Source: an uncultured Treponema sp. (GTDB taxonomy: Bacteria; Spirochaetota; Spirochaetia; Treponematales; Treponemataceae). From it: a stretch of 64,000 bases of DNA. Location of the stretch: contig CALGGS010000055.1 in assembly GCA_937915735.1 (NCBI GenBank), positions 7,881-71,880 of the forward strand, in the 5' to 3' direction. The position numbers and the translations under genes were made by a program. Under the pieces are notes generated by a model that was not told the origin of the DNA, searched no databases, and saw only the letters and a program-made list of their open reading frames with translations. Within the stretch, counting starts at the first letter, position 1, and every line of letters begins with the position of its first letter. Shown one piece after another: positions 28,790-37,552 of this stretch.

Positions 28790-29605
28790 ATGAAAATCTT
28801 AAAATCATTTGCTTTAGCAGCTTTAACTTTAGCTCTTGGATGCCCAGTCTTTGCTGACGAAGCGTACGATGTAATTAAAAAATCATCTACGCTTGAAGCC
28901 CCTGACACTTCTCAGGCTATTATGATGATTACCAACATCGAAAAAAACGGTGCTCAGGAAGTTCGGCAGATGAATCAGTACGGAAATAAAAAGAACGGTC
29001 TTGTAAACACTGTTTTTGATATGCGCTCGCCGGCAAGCGTTAAAGACACCCGCGTTCTTCAAATGGAAAAAAATGTCCGCGAAGATGACCGCTGGATTTA
29101 TATGCCAAAACTCCGTCAGGTTCGCCGAATCCCTATGGGCGAGCGGTACAAGCAGTTCGTAGGTTGCGAATTCACTTACAACGATATGGGTGTCCGAAAA
29201 GTCGATGAAGATGACCACACAATGCTCGAAACAGATGTTTCTGTTACAGTTCCTGGCGGAAAAACCTACAAATGCTGGAAAATCAAGTCGGTTCCACACA
29301 AAAAGAGCGAGGTTGAGTATTCTTTCCGCGTTCAGTATATCGACAAAGAGTCATATCTTCCTGCAAAAATCGAGTACTATGACAAAAAAGACAACACAAA
29401 AATTATGAAAACCTACACTACCGATGCATGGCAGTATCTCACATCAAAAACTGGCAAAAAATATACAATGCGAATGAAGGCCCGAATCGTAAACGGCTTT
29501 ACCGGACGGCAGTCAGTGCTTGACATCAAGGACCCTGTTTTTGACGCTGGTATCTCAGACGGATATTTCACACAGCAGTTTTTGTCTACAGGAAAAGCAA
29601 AATAA
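28790..29605 (+). CDS. Outer-membrane lipoprotein-sorting (LolA-like) protein
   Basis: Signal peptide; SPASVKDTRVL...DDRWIYMPKLRQVRRI...FVGCEFTYND family motif. Confidence 0.85.
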   Translation: MKILKSFALAALTLALGCPVFADEAYDVIKKSSTLEAPDTSQAIMMITNIEKNGAQEVRQMNQYGNKKNGLVNTVFDMRSPASVKDTRVLQMEKNVREDDRWIYMPKLRQVRRIPMGERYKQFVGCEFTYNDMGVRKVDEDDHTMLETDVSVTVPGGKTYKCWKIKSVPHKKSEVEYSFRVQYIDKESYLPAKIEYYDKKDNTKIMKTYTTDAWQYLTSKTGKKYTMRMKARIVNGFTGRQSVLDIKDPVFDAGISDGYFTQQFLSTGKAK

Positions 29606-29610
29606 GACGA

Positions 29611-29696
29611 AGGGAATGACCAATAAGTTCAAAAAGTGTCATTTAATTGCAATACAAGAGATTACGGCAATGACTCATACTTATTGGACAGCCCCT
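29611..29696. repeat. 86-bp MITE/REP-like element
   Basis: AGGGAATGACCAATAAGT...ACTTATTGGACAGCCCCT, a 15/18 inverted match, enclosing GTCAT...ATGAC. No clear TSD. Confidence 0.65.
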
Positions 29697-29723
29697 TAGC
29701 ACGATACACAGGAGTTTTATAAC

Positions 29724-31589
29724 ATGAAAAAACTTATTTTTACCTTGACAGCTCTTTCTCTCGCTTCATTATCGTTCGCTCAGGACTATGGTTTTGGCGA
29801 CTCAATGGGCTCAGATGATTTTGGCGGCGGTTTTGAAGAAGAATCAACGCCTTCTGTAACAATCACCGGCGAGGTGGGAGCTTCTGCCCGTGCCTGGATT
29901 GGAACAGAAAACGAAGAAAGTGGTCTTTATGATACAAAAGGCTACGACGGAATCTATGATGTCTCAAAAACAGACATTGAATCTGACGCTTATGCAAATG
30001 TTGAATTGAACTATGAGGGTGACTATACAAGTGCAAACCTCAAATTAAAGCTAGATTCAAGCACTTTAAAAGACCATCCGGAAGACGTAATCGACGAGGT
30101 TTATGCCACGGGTTCTTTCAAAGACGGCCGCTTCCAGCTTAAAGCAGGTAAAATCAAGGAAGTATGGGGAAAAGGCGACAAAGTCCATGTCCTCGACAAC
30201 TTCAACGCCAACGACTACTCAGACTTTATTTTCCCTGACTACATCGACCGCCGAATCGGCGAGGTGATGTTCAAGGCAACGGCAAACCTTTCCTGGGACT
30301 ACAACCTCAAGCTTGAGGGAATTTACACGCCTTGGATGACTCCGGACAGATTTGCCGCAAACGGAAAGTTGGTCCCGAACGCACAGCGAAATGTCACAAA
30401 CGCTGTTTCAACTTATGCGACTGCGGGCTTGCAGGCATATATTCTCGCACTTGAACAGGCTCGACTCACAGCGGCAACGGCTAGCGCACTTGAAGCAGAA
30501 GCAACTGCGGCAGGGTGTTTTGATCAGACGAATTCAAACTTCTTGAATAAAGATGGAACTTCCGATGCATATGCGGCACTTGCGAAAATGGTGGAAACTG
30601 CAGATAACGCAGGTTATTTGGAAGATTATTATAACAAAAATACAGTATACACAAATGCATATACTGCGGTAATTACAGCAGGTGGCAATGAAGCAACAGC
30701 AGCGGCAACAGCAACAGCAGCGGCAACAGCAGCGGCAGCTGCTGCCTACAAGGAATATCTAACTGACTATGTAAGCAATGCTCTCACAAACTACACCCTC
30801 GCTCTTTCAAACGCTTCTGCCCTTTCATCTGATTCAAGCTCACTCTACCCGGACTCCTACTCTCTCCGATACGGACAGGCTGGTTTGCGCCTTACCGGAA
30901 CTTTTGGAGGATTTGACTGGGGTACAAGCTACTATTATGGTCACTATAAGCAGCCGTCTTTCAATGCGCGAAAACTTGAAAGCTACATTGCAAAATATCT
31001 TGTAGGAGAATCAGCGGATGAAAGCGAGAAATTCCTTCAGTATGACCAGTTGCAGGTATTCGGTCTTGAGGCAGCCTTCGTTCTCTGGAAGTTCAACACT
31101 CGCTGGGAATTTGCTTACAATATGACAGAAGACTATGACGGAGACAATCCTGCTGTTCACAACAACTCGATTGCCTGGGTCGGTGGATTCGACATTGATC
31201 TTCCGATTCACAATCTCAACTTGAATGTTCAGGAAACAGGTACTTATATTCTCAAAGGTGACAAAATCAAAGACAGCCTTTTCCGCTCTTATGATGTTGA
31301 CAACAACACAGACGACAAATTTACCCGAAACAAGCTTATCGTTCTTCTTTCTGACAAATTCTTGAACGAAAAACTTACGATTGAATGTCAGGGAATTTGG
31401 GGAATTGAGAACAAAGAATTCGTAGTCGTTCCAAAAATCGAATACAATGTTTCTGAGGGACTTTCTCTTACCGCTCGTGGAGCTTATATGTATTCAAACA
31501 ACGAAAACGGAGAGTTCTACAATTTTACGGCTGACAGCGAGAACCACGATAAAGCATTCTTTGAGTTGAGTGCAAAATATCAGTTCTAG
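29724..31589 (+). CDS. Outer-membrane beta-barrel protein (DUF1302-like) with Ala/Thr-rich central insert
   Basis: Signal peptide; GKIKEVWGKGD...LDNFN motif; C-terminal ELSAKYQF; follows the LolA-like gene. Confidence 0.72.
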   Translation: MKKLIFTLTALSLASLSFAQDYGFGDSMGSDDFGGGFEEESTPSVTITGEVGASARAWIGTENEESGLYDTKGYDGIYDVSKTDIESDAYANVELNYEGDYTSANLKLKLDSSTLKDHPEDVIDEVYATGSFKDGRFQLKAGKIKEVWGKGDKVHVLDNFNANDYSDFIFPDYIDRRIGEVMFKATANLSWDYNLKLEGIYTPWMTPDRFAANGKLVPNAQRNVTNAVSTYATAGLQAYILALEQARLTAATASALEAEATAAGCFDQTNSNFLNKDGTSDAYAALAKMVETADNAGYLEDYYNKNTVYTNAYTAVITAGGNEATAAATATAAATAAAAAAYKEYLTDYVSNALTNYTLALSNASALSSDSSSLYPDSYSLRYGQAGLRLTGTFGGFDWGTSYYYGHYKQPSFNARKLESYIAKYLVGESADESEKFLQYDQLQVFGLEAAFVLWKFNTRWEFAYNMTEDYDGDNPAVHNNSIAWVGGFDIDLPIHNLNLNVQETGTYILKGDKIKDSLFRSYDVDNNTDDKFTRNKLIVLLSDKFLNEKLTIECQGIWGIENKEFVVVPKIEYNVSEGLSLTARGAYMYSNNENGEFYNFTADSENHDKAFFELSAKYQF

Positions 31590-31602
31590 AAAAAAACAAA
31601 TG

Positions 31603-31661
31603 TGTCATGAGAGCGCATAGCGAAACTTCTTCGAAGATTCTTCGCCAGCGCTCAGAATGAC
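31603..31661. repeat. REP-like palindrome
   Basis: TGTCATGAGAGCGCATAGCGAA...AGATTCTTCGCCAGCGCTCAGAATGAC, an imperfect inverted repeat. Confidence 0.65.
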
Positions 31662-31676
31662 CTTAAAGAGGAAGTT

Positions 31677-32255
31677 ATGAAAAAGATTTTGAGTATCCTT
31701 ACGGCAGGACTTTTACTTTTGAGCGCAAGCTTGGTTACTTCTTGCTCAGAAGAAGATGTTGAATATCTTGCTCCTTCTGGAACTTGGTGCGAAATGCCGG
31801 TTGACTGGGATGGTGATGGCTCAAGCAATATGTATGTCTATATGATTTACAATGACTCAACAATTTCAGGTGAATCAGGTTCTGCAAAACTGCTTACTAC
31901 TAAAACATTTGAAAGTGGCATTACAATGGTTGTATTTGCAAAAGCAAACATTGAGAGTTTGAATCTTAATGCCGGAAGTTACATTGTAAAAACATTCCCG
32001 AAGGATTATGACACAACAAATCTTGATGACGATGACACATCTTGGTCATTCAGGGGAAGCCGTGCAAAATGGGCCGCAATTTATTGGTCAAAATCAGCCT
32101 TGCGCGATACAAGCAATCAGTTAGCTCATCCATTCGCACCTACTCCGATTACGAATGGTAATAAAGGTTCTTACATAGAAATTACGGACTTGACGGAGCT
32201 CAAAAATTTCTCTTGGAAGAAGCTTCTCGCCAACTATCTCTTGAATTCACTGTAA
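31677..32255 (+). CDS. Hypothetical lipoprotein
   Basis: Lipobox LVTS-C and RBS GAGG. Confidence 0.8.
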   Translation: MKKILSILTAGLLLLSASLVTSCSEEDVEYLAPSGTWCEMPVDWDGDGSSNMYVYMIYNDSTISGESGSAKLLTTKTFESGITMVVFAKANIESLNLNAGSYIVKTFPKDYDTTNLDDDDTSWSFRGSRAKWAAIYWSKSALRDTSNQLAHPFAPTPITNGNKGSYIEITDLTELKNFSWKKLLANYLLNSL

Positions 32256-32262
32256 ACAAAAT

Positions 32263-32290
32263 GCTCCCGCTCCGTGCGGGAGTTTTTTTT
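32263..32290 (+). terminator. Intrinsic terminator
   Basis: CTCCCGC-TCCGT-GCGGGAG followed by T8. Confidence 0.88.
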
Positions 32291-32372
32291 ATCACCTTTA
32301 TTTTTCCATACATTTTATTTTACGCAATGACAAGTAATTTCCATTTCAATGTCCCTATGATATAATTAACTT

Positions 32373-33311
32373 ATGCTCTCATACATTCACGCCTATCACG
32401 CTGGAAATCACGCTGACATTTTAAAGCATCTCACCCTTTCGCTGATTTTGGAACATCTTTGCAAAAAGGAAAAACCCTTTTGCGTAATCGACACCCACGC
32501 TGGAAGTGGACTTTACAACCTTCACGATGAGCGGGCAAAAAAAACTGAGGAAACAAAATCTGGAATTGAGAAAATAATTGAAAACAAGGGGGCGTTACGG
32601 GGGATTTTCCCCCGTAGAGAGGGTAGCGACCAACATCGTGGGAGCGAAGGGGGAGACTTCCCCCTCCCCGATTATTTTTCTTTTATTTCGAATTTTTACA
32701 ATGAAGGGCTTTATCCTGGCTCTCCACTGATTGAAAATCTTTTTTTGCGCCCTGGCGACCAGCAGATTCTTTGTGAGCTTCACCCTGCTGTCTTTGAAGA
32801 GCTTAAAAACTGTTTTTACGAAAGAAAAAAAACTTGCAAAGCCAAAAACATTCCTTTCGTTGAGCCGTCTTTTCATAAGCGGGACTGCTACGAGTTTTTG
32901 GGTGCCGTCACTCCGCCGAAAATAAAGCGCGGCTTGGTTTTAGTTGACCCTTCCTTTGAGGAGGCTGGCGATTTTGAGCAATGCGGAAAAGCGCTTGCCG
33001 CCGTTCATAAAAAATGGTCTCCTGCGATTTTGGCGCTTTGGTATCCCCTTGTCGCTCACCGTTCCGCCGAAATCTCGATGATGAAAGAGAGAATAATTTC
33101 CAGCGTGGACTCGATTGAGCCAAAAATTTTAGATGTCCAGCTTGAAGTTAAGCGAAAGGAAGATATGACGGGTCTTGCCTCTCTTTATGGAAGCGGAATG
33201 TTCATCGTAAACTTCCCCTACAAGCTCGACGAAGAGCTGGAGCAAATCCTGCCTGTTTTGAGCGAAACCCTTGGCGATACGGCGAAAAACTGGAGCGTAG
33301 ACAAGCTTTAG
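32373..33311 (+). CDS. rlmJ: 23S rRNA m6A2030 methyltransferase RlmJ with an in-frame repeat insertion
   Basis: MLSYIHAYHAGNHADILKH, DTHAGSG, YPGSP, DPSFE and WYP motifs. Confidence 0.93.
   Translation: MLSYIHAYHAGNHADILKHLTLSLILEHLCKKEKPFCVIDTHAGSGLYNLHDERAKKTEETKSGIEKIIENKGALRGIFPRREGSDQHRGSEGGDFPLPDYFSFISNFYNEGLYPGSPLIENLFLRPGDQQILCELHPAVFEELKNCFYERKKTCKAKNIPFVEPSFHKRDCYEFLGAVTPPKIKRGLVLVDPSFEEAGDFEQCGKALAAVHKKWSPAILALWYPLVAHRSAEISMMKERIISSVDSIEPKILDVQLEVKRKEDMTGLASLYGSGMFIVNFPYKLDEELEQILPVLSETLGDTAKNWSVDKL
32588..32665 (+). repeat. Palindromic repeat element, copy B, inside rlmJ
   Basis: Hairpins TACGGGGG-ATTTT-CCCCCGTA (32596-32616) and AGGGGGA-GACT-TCCCCCT (32648-32665). Confidence 0.85.
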
Positions 33312-33343
33312 GAGTGAAGAACCAGAAATTCTTTAATACTGGC

Positions 33344-35881
33344 CTAAATAATCAGCTGCAGCATGGTGATGTCGTCAAATTGCTCGGTATCGCCTGCAAA
33401 ACGGTCAATTTCCTCCCGAATTGTCTTTAATGTATCGAGGGCTGACAAATTCCTTGTTTTTTGAATTGCCCGCAAAAGGCGCTCCTCTTCAAAAAGCTCG
33501 TTATTTTTGTCCGTAGCTTCCGTTACTCCGTCTGTGTAAACAAAAATCCTGTCGCCCTTTGAAAGGCTTATTGTGTGTTCGCTGTATTTCACGCCTTCCA
33601 TTCCGCCAAGAACAAAGTTTGGCTTAGTCTTTAAATATGAGAAAGTGTCATCGGCTTTTTTGTAGACAATAGGAGCGCAGTGACCTGCATTTACAAAACG
33701 AAGGGTCTTGGTGCTGAAGGTGTAAATTCCAAGCCAGCAGGTGACAAAAAGACCCGCTTCATTTCTTTCGCAGAGATGAGTGTTCGCCCTGTTAAAAATT
33801 TCTGCAGGGCTAAGGCGCAGGAGTGAGTAAAGGTCAAAAAGAACCTTGGATTTTCCCATAAAAAGCGCCGCGCCGACGCCTTTTCCGGAAACATCGCCTA
33901 CGACAATCATTAGATTGTCATCATCAAGAAGAAGATAATCATACAAATCTCCACCGACTTCTTTTGCTGGGCTCATTGATGCGAATAAATCAAAATCCTT
34001 TCGTTCTGGAAAGGGAGGATATCCCTGTGGAAGCATATCGCCTTGAATTTTTGCGGCCAAATCAAGCTCAGCCCCGATTCTCTCTTTTTCTTTGGTAACT
34101 CGTGTCAGCTCCTCCATATTTTTATTGACATCTATTTGCATTTGGTGAACTGTGTGTGCAAGGGTTCCGATTTCGTCACGGTTTTTTACGGATAAGAGCT
34201 TTTCTGAAGGCTCTCCTCCATACGAAGAAAAATGGTCGGCTTCCTTTGTGACAAGCACGATTGGACGGATGAATTGCTGGTTGAAATAAGTTCCGAAAAG
34301 AACGATAAAGGCCACTCCGAAAAGAAGCTCGATTATGACGACATAATTTATGAAGCTGAAACGAGCGTCGACATAAGCCTGAATATTTTTTTGAGCTCCT
34401 AGAACGGCGACAACCTTTCCGTCCGAATCAAAAACCGGAACCATCGCCGTAATATGAGAGCCGCTCCTCGTCTTCATTGTGTGACGGACAATTGATTCTT
34501 TATTTTCATAGATTTTTTTTGCAGAAGTGTTGTAGTCGCTTTCAATGTAGTCTTCCTCGTAGCCGAGAGGAAATTCAGTCCATTTTCCGCCATTTTTTAC
34601 CGGATTGTAAATATATGTGATGTGAACATAATCAGGAGCTTTAACGGACGAGACATAAAGCATATTAAGGTCAAATTTATCGACAAAATCCTGCAAGATT
34701 CTTGAAATTCCGTCATATTTTTCGTCTTTTGCTTTAGTTTCAAGATATTTTTGAAAATCATCGCCATTAAGGCATTCCCTCGCAGCCTCCGCAATGGAGA
34801 GAATGTTTGAGTCATATTCAGCCTTAAATTCCCGTGAAAAAGATTTTGCTCCTGCTATGGAAATTACAGTGCAAAGAATAAAACCGAAAATGATAATAAG
34901 TGAGAGAATTTTTTTTGTGATGACAGGAAGTCTTTTTTGAGGGATTGAGTCATCCCAGCGAGAATAAATATTTGCAAGAAGCGCACCGGAAATATTGTGC
35001 CACACTGAAAAAACAGCACCCGGAACCGTCGCCATTGAAAGATTTGGAAAAGAAGTAAGAGCAAGGCTCGTGGCAAGCCCTGAGTTCTGCATGCCGATTT
35101 CGACTGAAAGTGCCTTGATTTTTTCAGTCTTCAGGTTAAGGATTTTTCCAAGCGCAAAGCCTAAAAGATAGCCCAGGAGGTTGTGAAGAATAACGACCAT
35201 AAAAACGATTGCGGCTGTGGAAAGAATTTTTGAAGCATTATGAGAGACTACAGTCGAAACAATGAGGCAAATTGCCATTACAGAAACAAGAGGCAAAAAA
35301 GAAAGCATTCGTGAGGTAATTTTTGAAAAGAATTTGTTGATTAAAAAGCCCAGCCCGACAGGAAGAATAACGATTTTGACGATGGAAAGGAAAATTGCAA
35401 AAATATCAACCTGAACGGAAGTCCTGAGAAGAAGATATGTGAGGGCTGGAGTCAAGACAGGAGAAAGCAATGTGTTTACGCTAGTCATTCCCACTGAGAG
35501 GGCAAGGTCTCCCTTTGAAAGATATGTAATCACATTGCTTGAAGTTCCTCCGGGACAAGTTCCGACAAGGACGACACCACAAGCCAAGGCCGGCTCTAAA
35601 GAAAAAAGCTTGCACAAAAGAAAAGCCAGTAGCGGCATGATGGTAAATTGCGCAATACAGCCTGTAATAATCTCTTTAGGCCTTTTAAAAACAAGGGCAA
35701 AATCAGAAAGGCGGAGTGTAAGCCCCATTCCGAACATAACTGCCATTAGAAGGTAGTTTACGCTTGAAGTCGGAATCCAAAGGCCGGATTTTGGCAAAAA
35801 TAAAGCCAGGGCCGCAACTATAAGCACGATAACCGCCATAAATTTTCCGATAAAATTACTGATTTTTTCTAGTAGCTTCAT
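33344..35881 (-). CDS. Fusion of a BASS/SBF Na+ symporter with a TM-sensor-HAMP-SpoIIE (PP2C) phosphatase
   Basis: aa 1-310: MFGMGLTL, CPGGTSSNV, EIGMQNSGLA. C-terminal part: RDEIGTLA (HAMP), EVGGDLYD, GDVSGKG, NAGH, YTDGVTEA and QFDDITML. Confidence 0.9.
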   Translation of the reverse strand: MKLLEKISNFIGKFMAVIVLIVAALALFLPKSGLWIPTSSVNYLLMAVMFGMGLTLRLSDFALVFKRPKEIITGCIAQFTIMPLLAFLLCKLFSLEPALACGVVLVGTCPGGTSSNVITYLSKGDLALSVGMTSVNTLLSPVLTPALTYLLLRTSVQVDIFAIFLSIVKIVILPVGLGFLINKFFSKITSRMLSFLPLVSVMAICLIVSTVVSHNASKILSTAAIVFMVVILHNLLGYLLGFALGKILNLKTEKIKALSVEIGMQNSGLATSLALTSFPNLSMATVPGAVFSVWHNISGALLANIYSRWDDSIPQKRLPVITKKILSLIIIFGFILCTVISIAGAKSFSREFKAEYDSNILSIAEAARECLNGDDFQKYLETKAKDEKYDGISRILQDFVDKFDLNMLYVSSVKAPDYVHITYIYNPVKNGGKWTEFPLGYEEDYIESDYNTSAKKIYENKESIVRHTMKTRSGSHITAMVPVFDSDGKVVAVLGAQKNIQAYVDARFSFINYVVIIELLFGVAFIVLFGTYFNQQFIRPIVLVTKEADHFSSYGGEPSEKLLSVKNRDEIGTLAHTVHQMQIDVNKNMEELTRVTKEKERIGAELDLAAKIQGDMLPQGYPPFPERKDFDLFASMSPAKEVGGDLYDYLLLDDDNLMIVVGDVSGKGVGAALFMGKSKVLFDLYSLLRLSPAEIFNRANTHLCERNEAGLFVTCWLGIYTFSTKTLRFVNAGHCAPIVYKKADDTFSYLKTKPNFVLGGMEGVKYSEHTISLSKGDRIFVYTDGVTEATDKNNELFEEERLLRAIQKTRNLSALDTLKTIREEIDRFAGDTEQFDDITMLQLII

Positions 35882-35914
35882 TTTTTACTCCATAGTTTCA
35901 CAGAACCCTTTTGG

Positions 35915-37237
35915 TTAATAGTCAAATTCTCTCCGTCGCTGTTCCTTATCGTTTTGATAGATTATTTCTGTTTTTCTTAAACCGTCCTCGTAGAAAACCT
36001 CGACTGAAAAACCATCCTCGAAATAAAGCCTTTCCGAATAATTGCCGGAAGTTGAAAATTTTCTTTCCAGATGAAGCTCATCATTTTCGTAGAATTTAAG
36101 GTTTGGCGGAAGTTTGTTTTCATCAGTTACAGCTGAATAGTCAAAAATGTTTTTTGTCTTTCTTTCTTCCGTAAGATATCGCCCCATAAGATTTTTTTTG
36201 TAGTTCCAGAATATGACTTCTTCCTCGTAAAGCCTGCCTTTTTCATCATAGGCTTTGACCCTTTTTATGTCATCAAGGAGAAGCGTTTCTTTGCCTTGAC
36301 TCTCATCCCCGTTTTTCTTTTTCTGTGTTTTTACATCCCTCTCTTCATAATGACTTTCAAGGCTCAAAACATTAAGGCCTTTTTCGTTAAAATGCCGCTC
36401 AACTCTTTTTTTGGCGTTAAAATCCTGCTCAACTGATTTTTCAAGAATGTTTGAGTCTGAGTAATAATCATATTCCGTCAGATTTACAAGGCTCATATTT
36501 TTTGCGGATGCGGCCAATTTATACTGCTCGGTCCTTACAAGGCGATACAGAAAATCAAAATTCTTTCGGATTAGCTTGTCACCGTAAAAATTCACAAGTA
36601 TGGTGTTATCGCCCTCATTCCAGACCGTAAACTGCTCTCCATCGTACAGGAATCTTCTTAGAGAGCCGTCATTTTTTGCGTAGGTGAATTCCTTTGGGGC
36701 ATCGCTGACTTCCTCACCTTCAGTCTCAAGCCCACGGCTGTCGCCTTTTTCAAGAATTTCAAGCAATTTTTCTCCGTCAATCATTCCATAGTCTACAGAT
36801 TGAGAAGGGCTGCGCACGAAGCCTTCTGGAACATAAAGGCCTAAGATGACCTGATCAACCCAGTCAAAGCTTTTTTCCCCCTCCTCTTCCTCGAAATCTG
36901 AGTAGTCCTCGCTTACAGAATATAAGTCCTCATCGCAAAATGTAGAGTCAATAATGCCGGTTTTTTCGGTATAATAAAATTCACAGAGATAAACAAATCT
37001 TTTTGCAGAGCTGTCGAATTTGTGCCGTGAAAAAAGCCGTGTGCCAACCTTAGAGATTTTTGAAAGGGCGACACTTTCAGGCAAGGGTGAATGTCCTGTT
37101 ATGTTGTAGCGGTTCACCTCAAAAGCAAGCTCCCGCAGGTAAGAAAGGGCTTTTTCCTGAGAAAACAAGTCCTGAGTCATAAAAACAAAGAGAAAAAGGA
37201 AGGCTGTAAAAGAAAATCTCAAGGCTTTTTTCGACAT
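35915..37237 (-). CDS. Exported hypothetical protein
   Basis: Signal-like N-terminus; acidic, beta-rich 440-aa ORF. Confidence 0.7.
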   Translation of the reverse strand: MSKKALRFSFTAFLFLFVFMTQDLFSQEKALSYLRELAFEVNRYNITGHSPLPESVALSKISKVGTRLFSRHKFDSSAKRFVYLCEFYYTEKTGIIDSTFCDEDLYSVSEDYSDFEEEEGEKSFDWVDQVILGLYVPEGFVRSPSQSVDYGMIDGEKLLEILEKGDSRGLETEGEEVSDAPKEFTYAKNDGSLRRFLYDGEQFTVWNEGDNTILVNFYGDKLIRKNFDFLYRLVRTEQYKLAASAKNMSLVNLTEYDYYSDSNILEKSVEQDFNAKKRVERHFNEKGLNVLSLESHYEERDVKTQKKKNGDESQGKETLLLDDIKRVKAYDEKGRLYEEEVIFWNYKKNLMGRYLTEERKTKNIFDYSAVTDENKLPPNLKFYENDELHLERKFSTSGNYSERLYFEDGFSVEVFYEDGLRKTEIIYQNDKEQRRREFDY

Positions 37238-37355
37238 TTATTTGATTATAATGATTCAAGTTGTAAAAGTCAAAAAGTCAGCAAGGGACTGTAAAAACGG
37301 AAAATGAGTTTCCGAAAAAAATTTAATTTTTTTTCAAAATTTTTGTTTCAAACTA

Positions 37356-37384
37356 TTGACTTTTTTTTTAAAGAGGTATATAGT
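37356..37384 (+). promoter_or_regulatory. Sigma70 promoter of tRNA-Phe
   Basis: TTGACT, 17-bp spacer, TATAGT. Confidence 0.75.
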
Positions 37385-37400
37385 CTTATACATCAACAAC

Positions 37401-37473
37401 GCCGGTGTAGCTCAGTTGGTAGAGCAGCAGACTGAAAATCTGCGTGTCGTTGGTCCGATTCCAACCGCTGGCA
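37401..37473 (+). tRNA. tRNA-Phe(GAA)
   Basis: Cloverleaf with anticodon arm GCAGA-CTGAAAA-TCTGC. CCA is not encoded. Confidence 0.95.
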
Positions 37474-37476
37474 CTT

Positions 37477-37510
37477 AAAAAGCACTTGAGTCATTCAGGT
37501 GCTTTTTTTT
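37477..37510 (+). terminator. Intrinsic terminator after tRNA-Phe
   Basis: AAAAAGCACTTGA-GTCAT-TCAGGTGCTTTTTTTT. Confidence 0.85.
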
Positions 37511-37552
37511 ATTTCTTGCAAAAAATCTACTTCTACTTTACAATCTATATAT

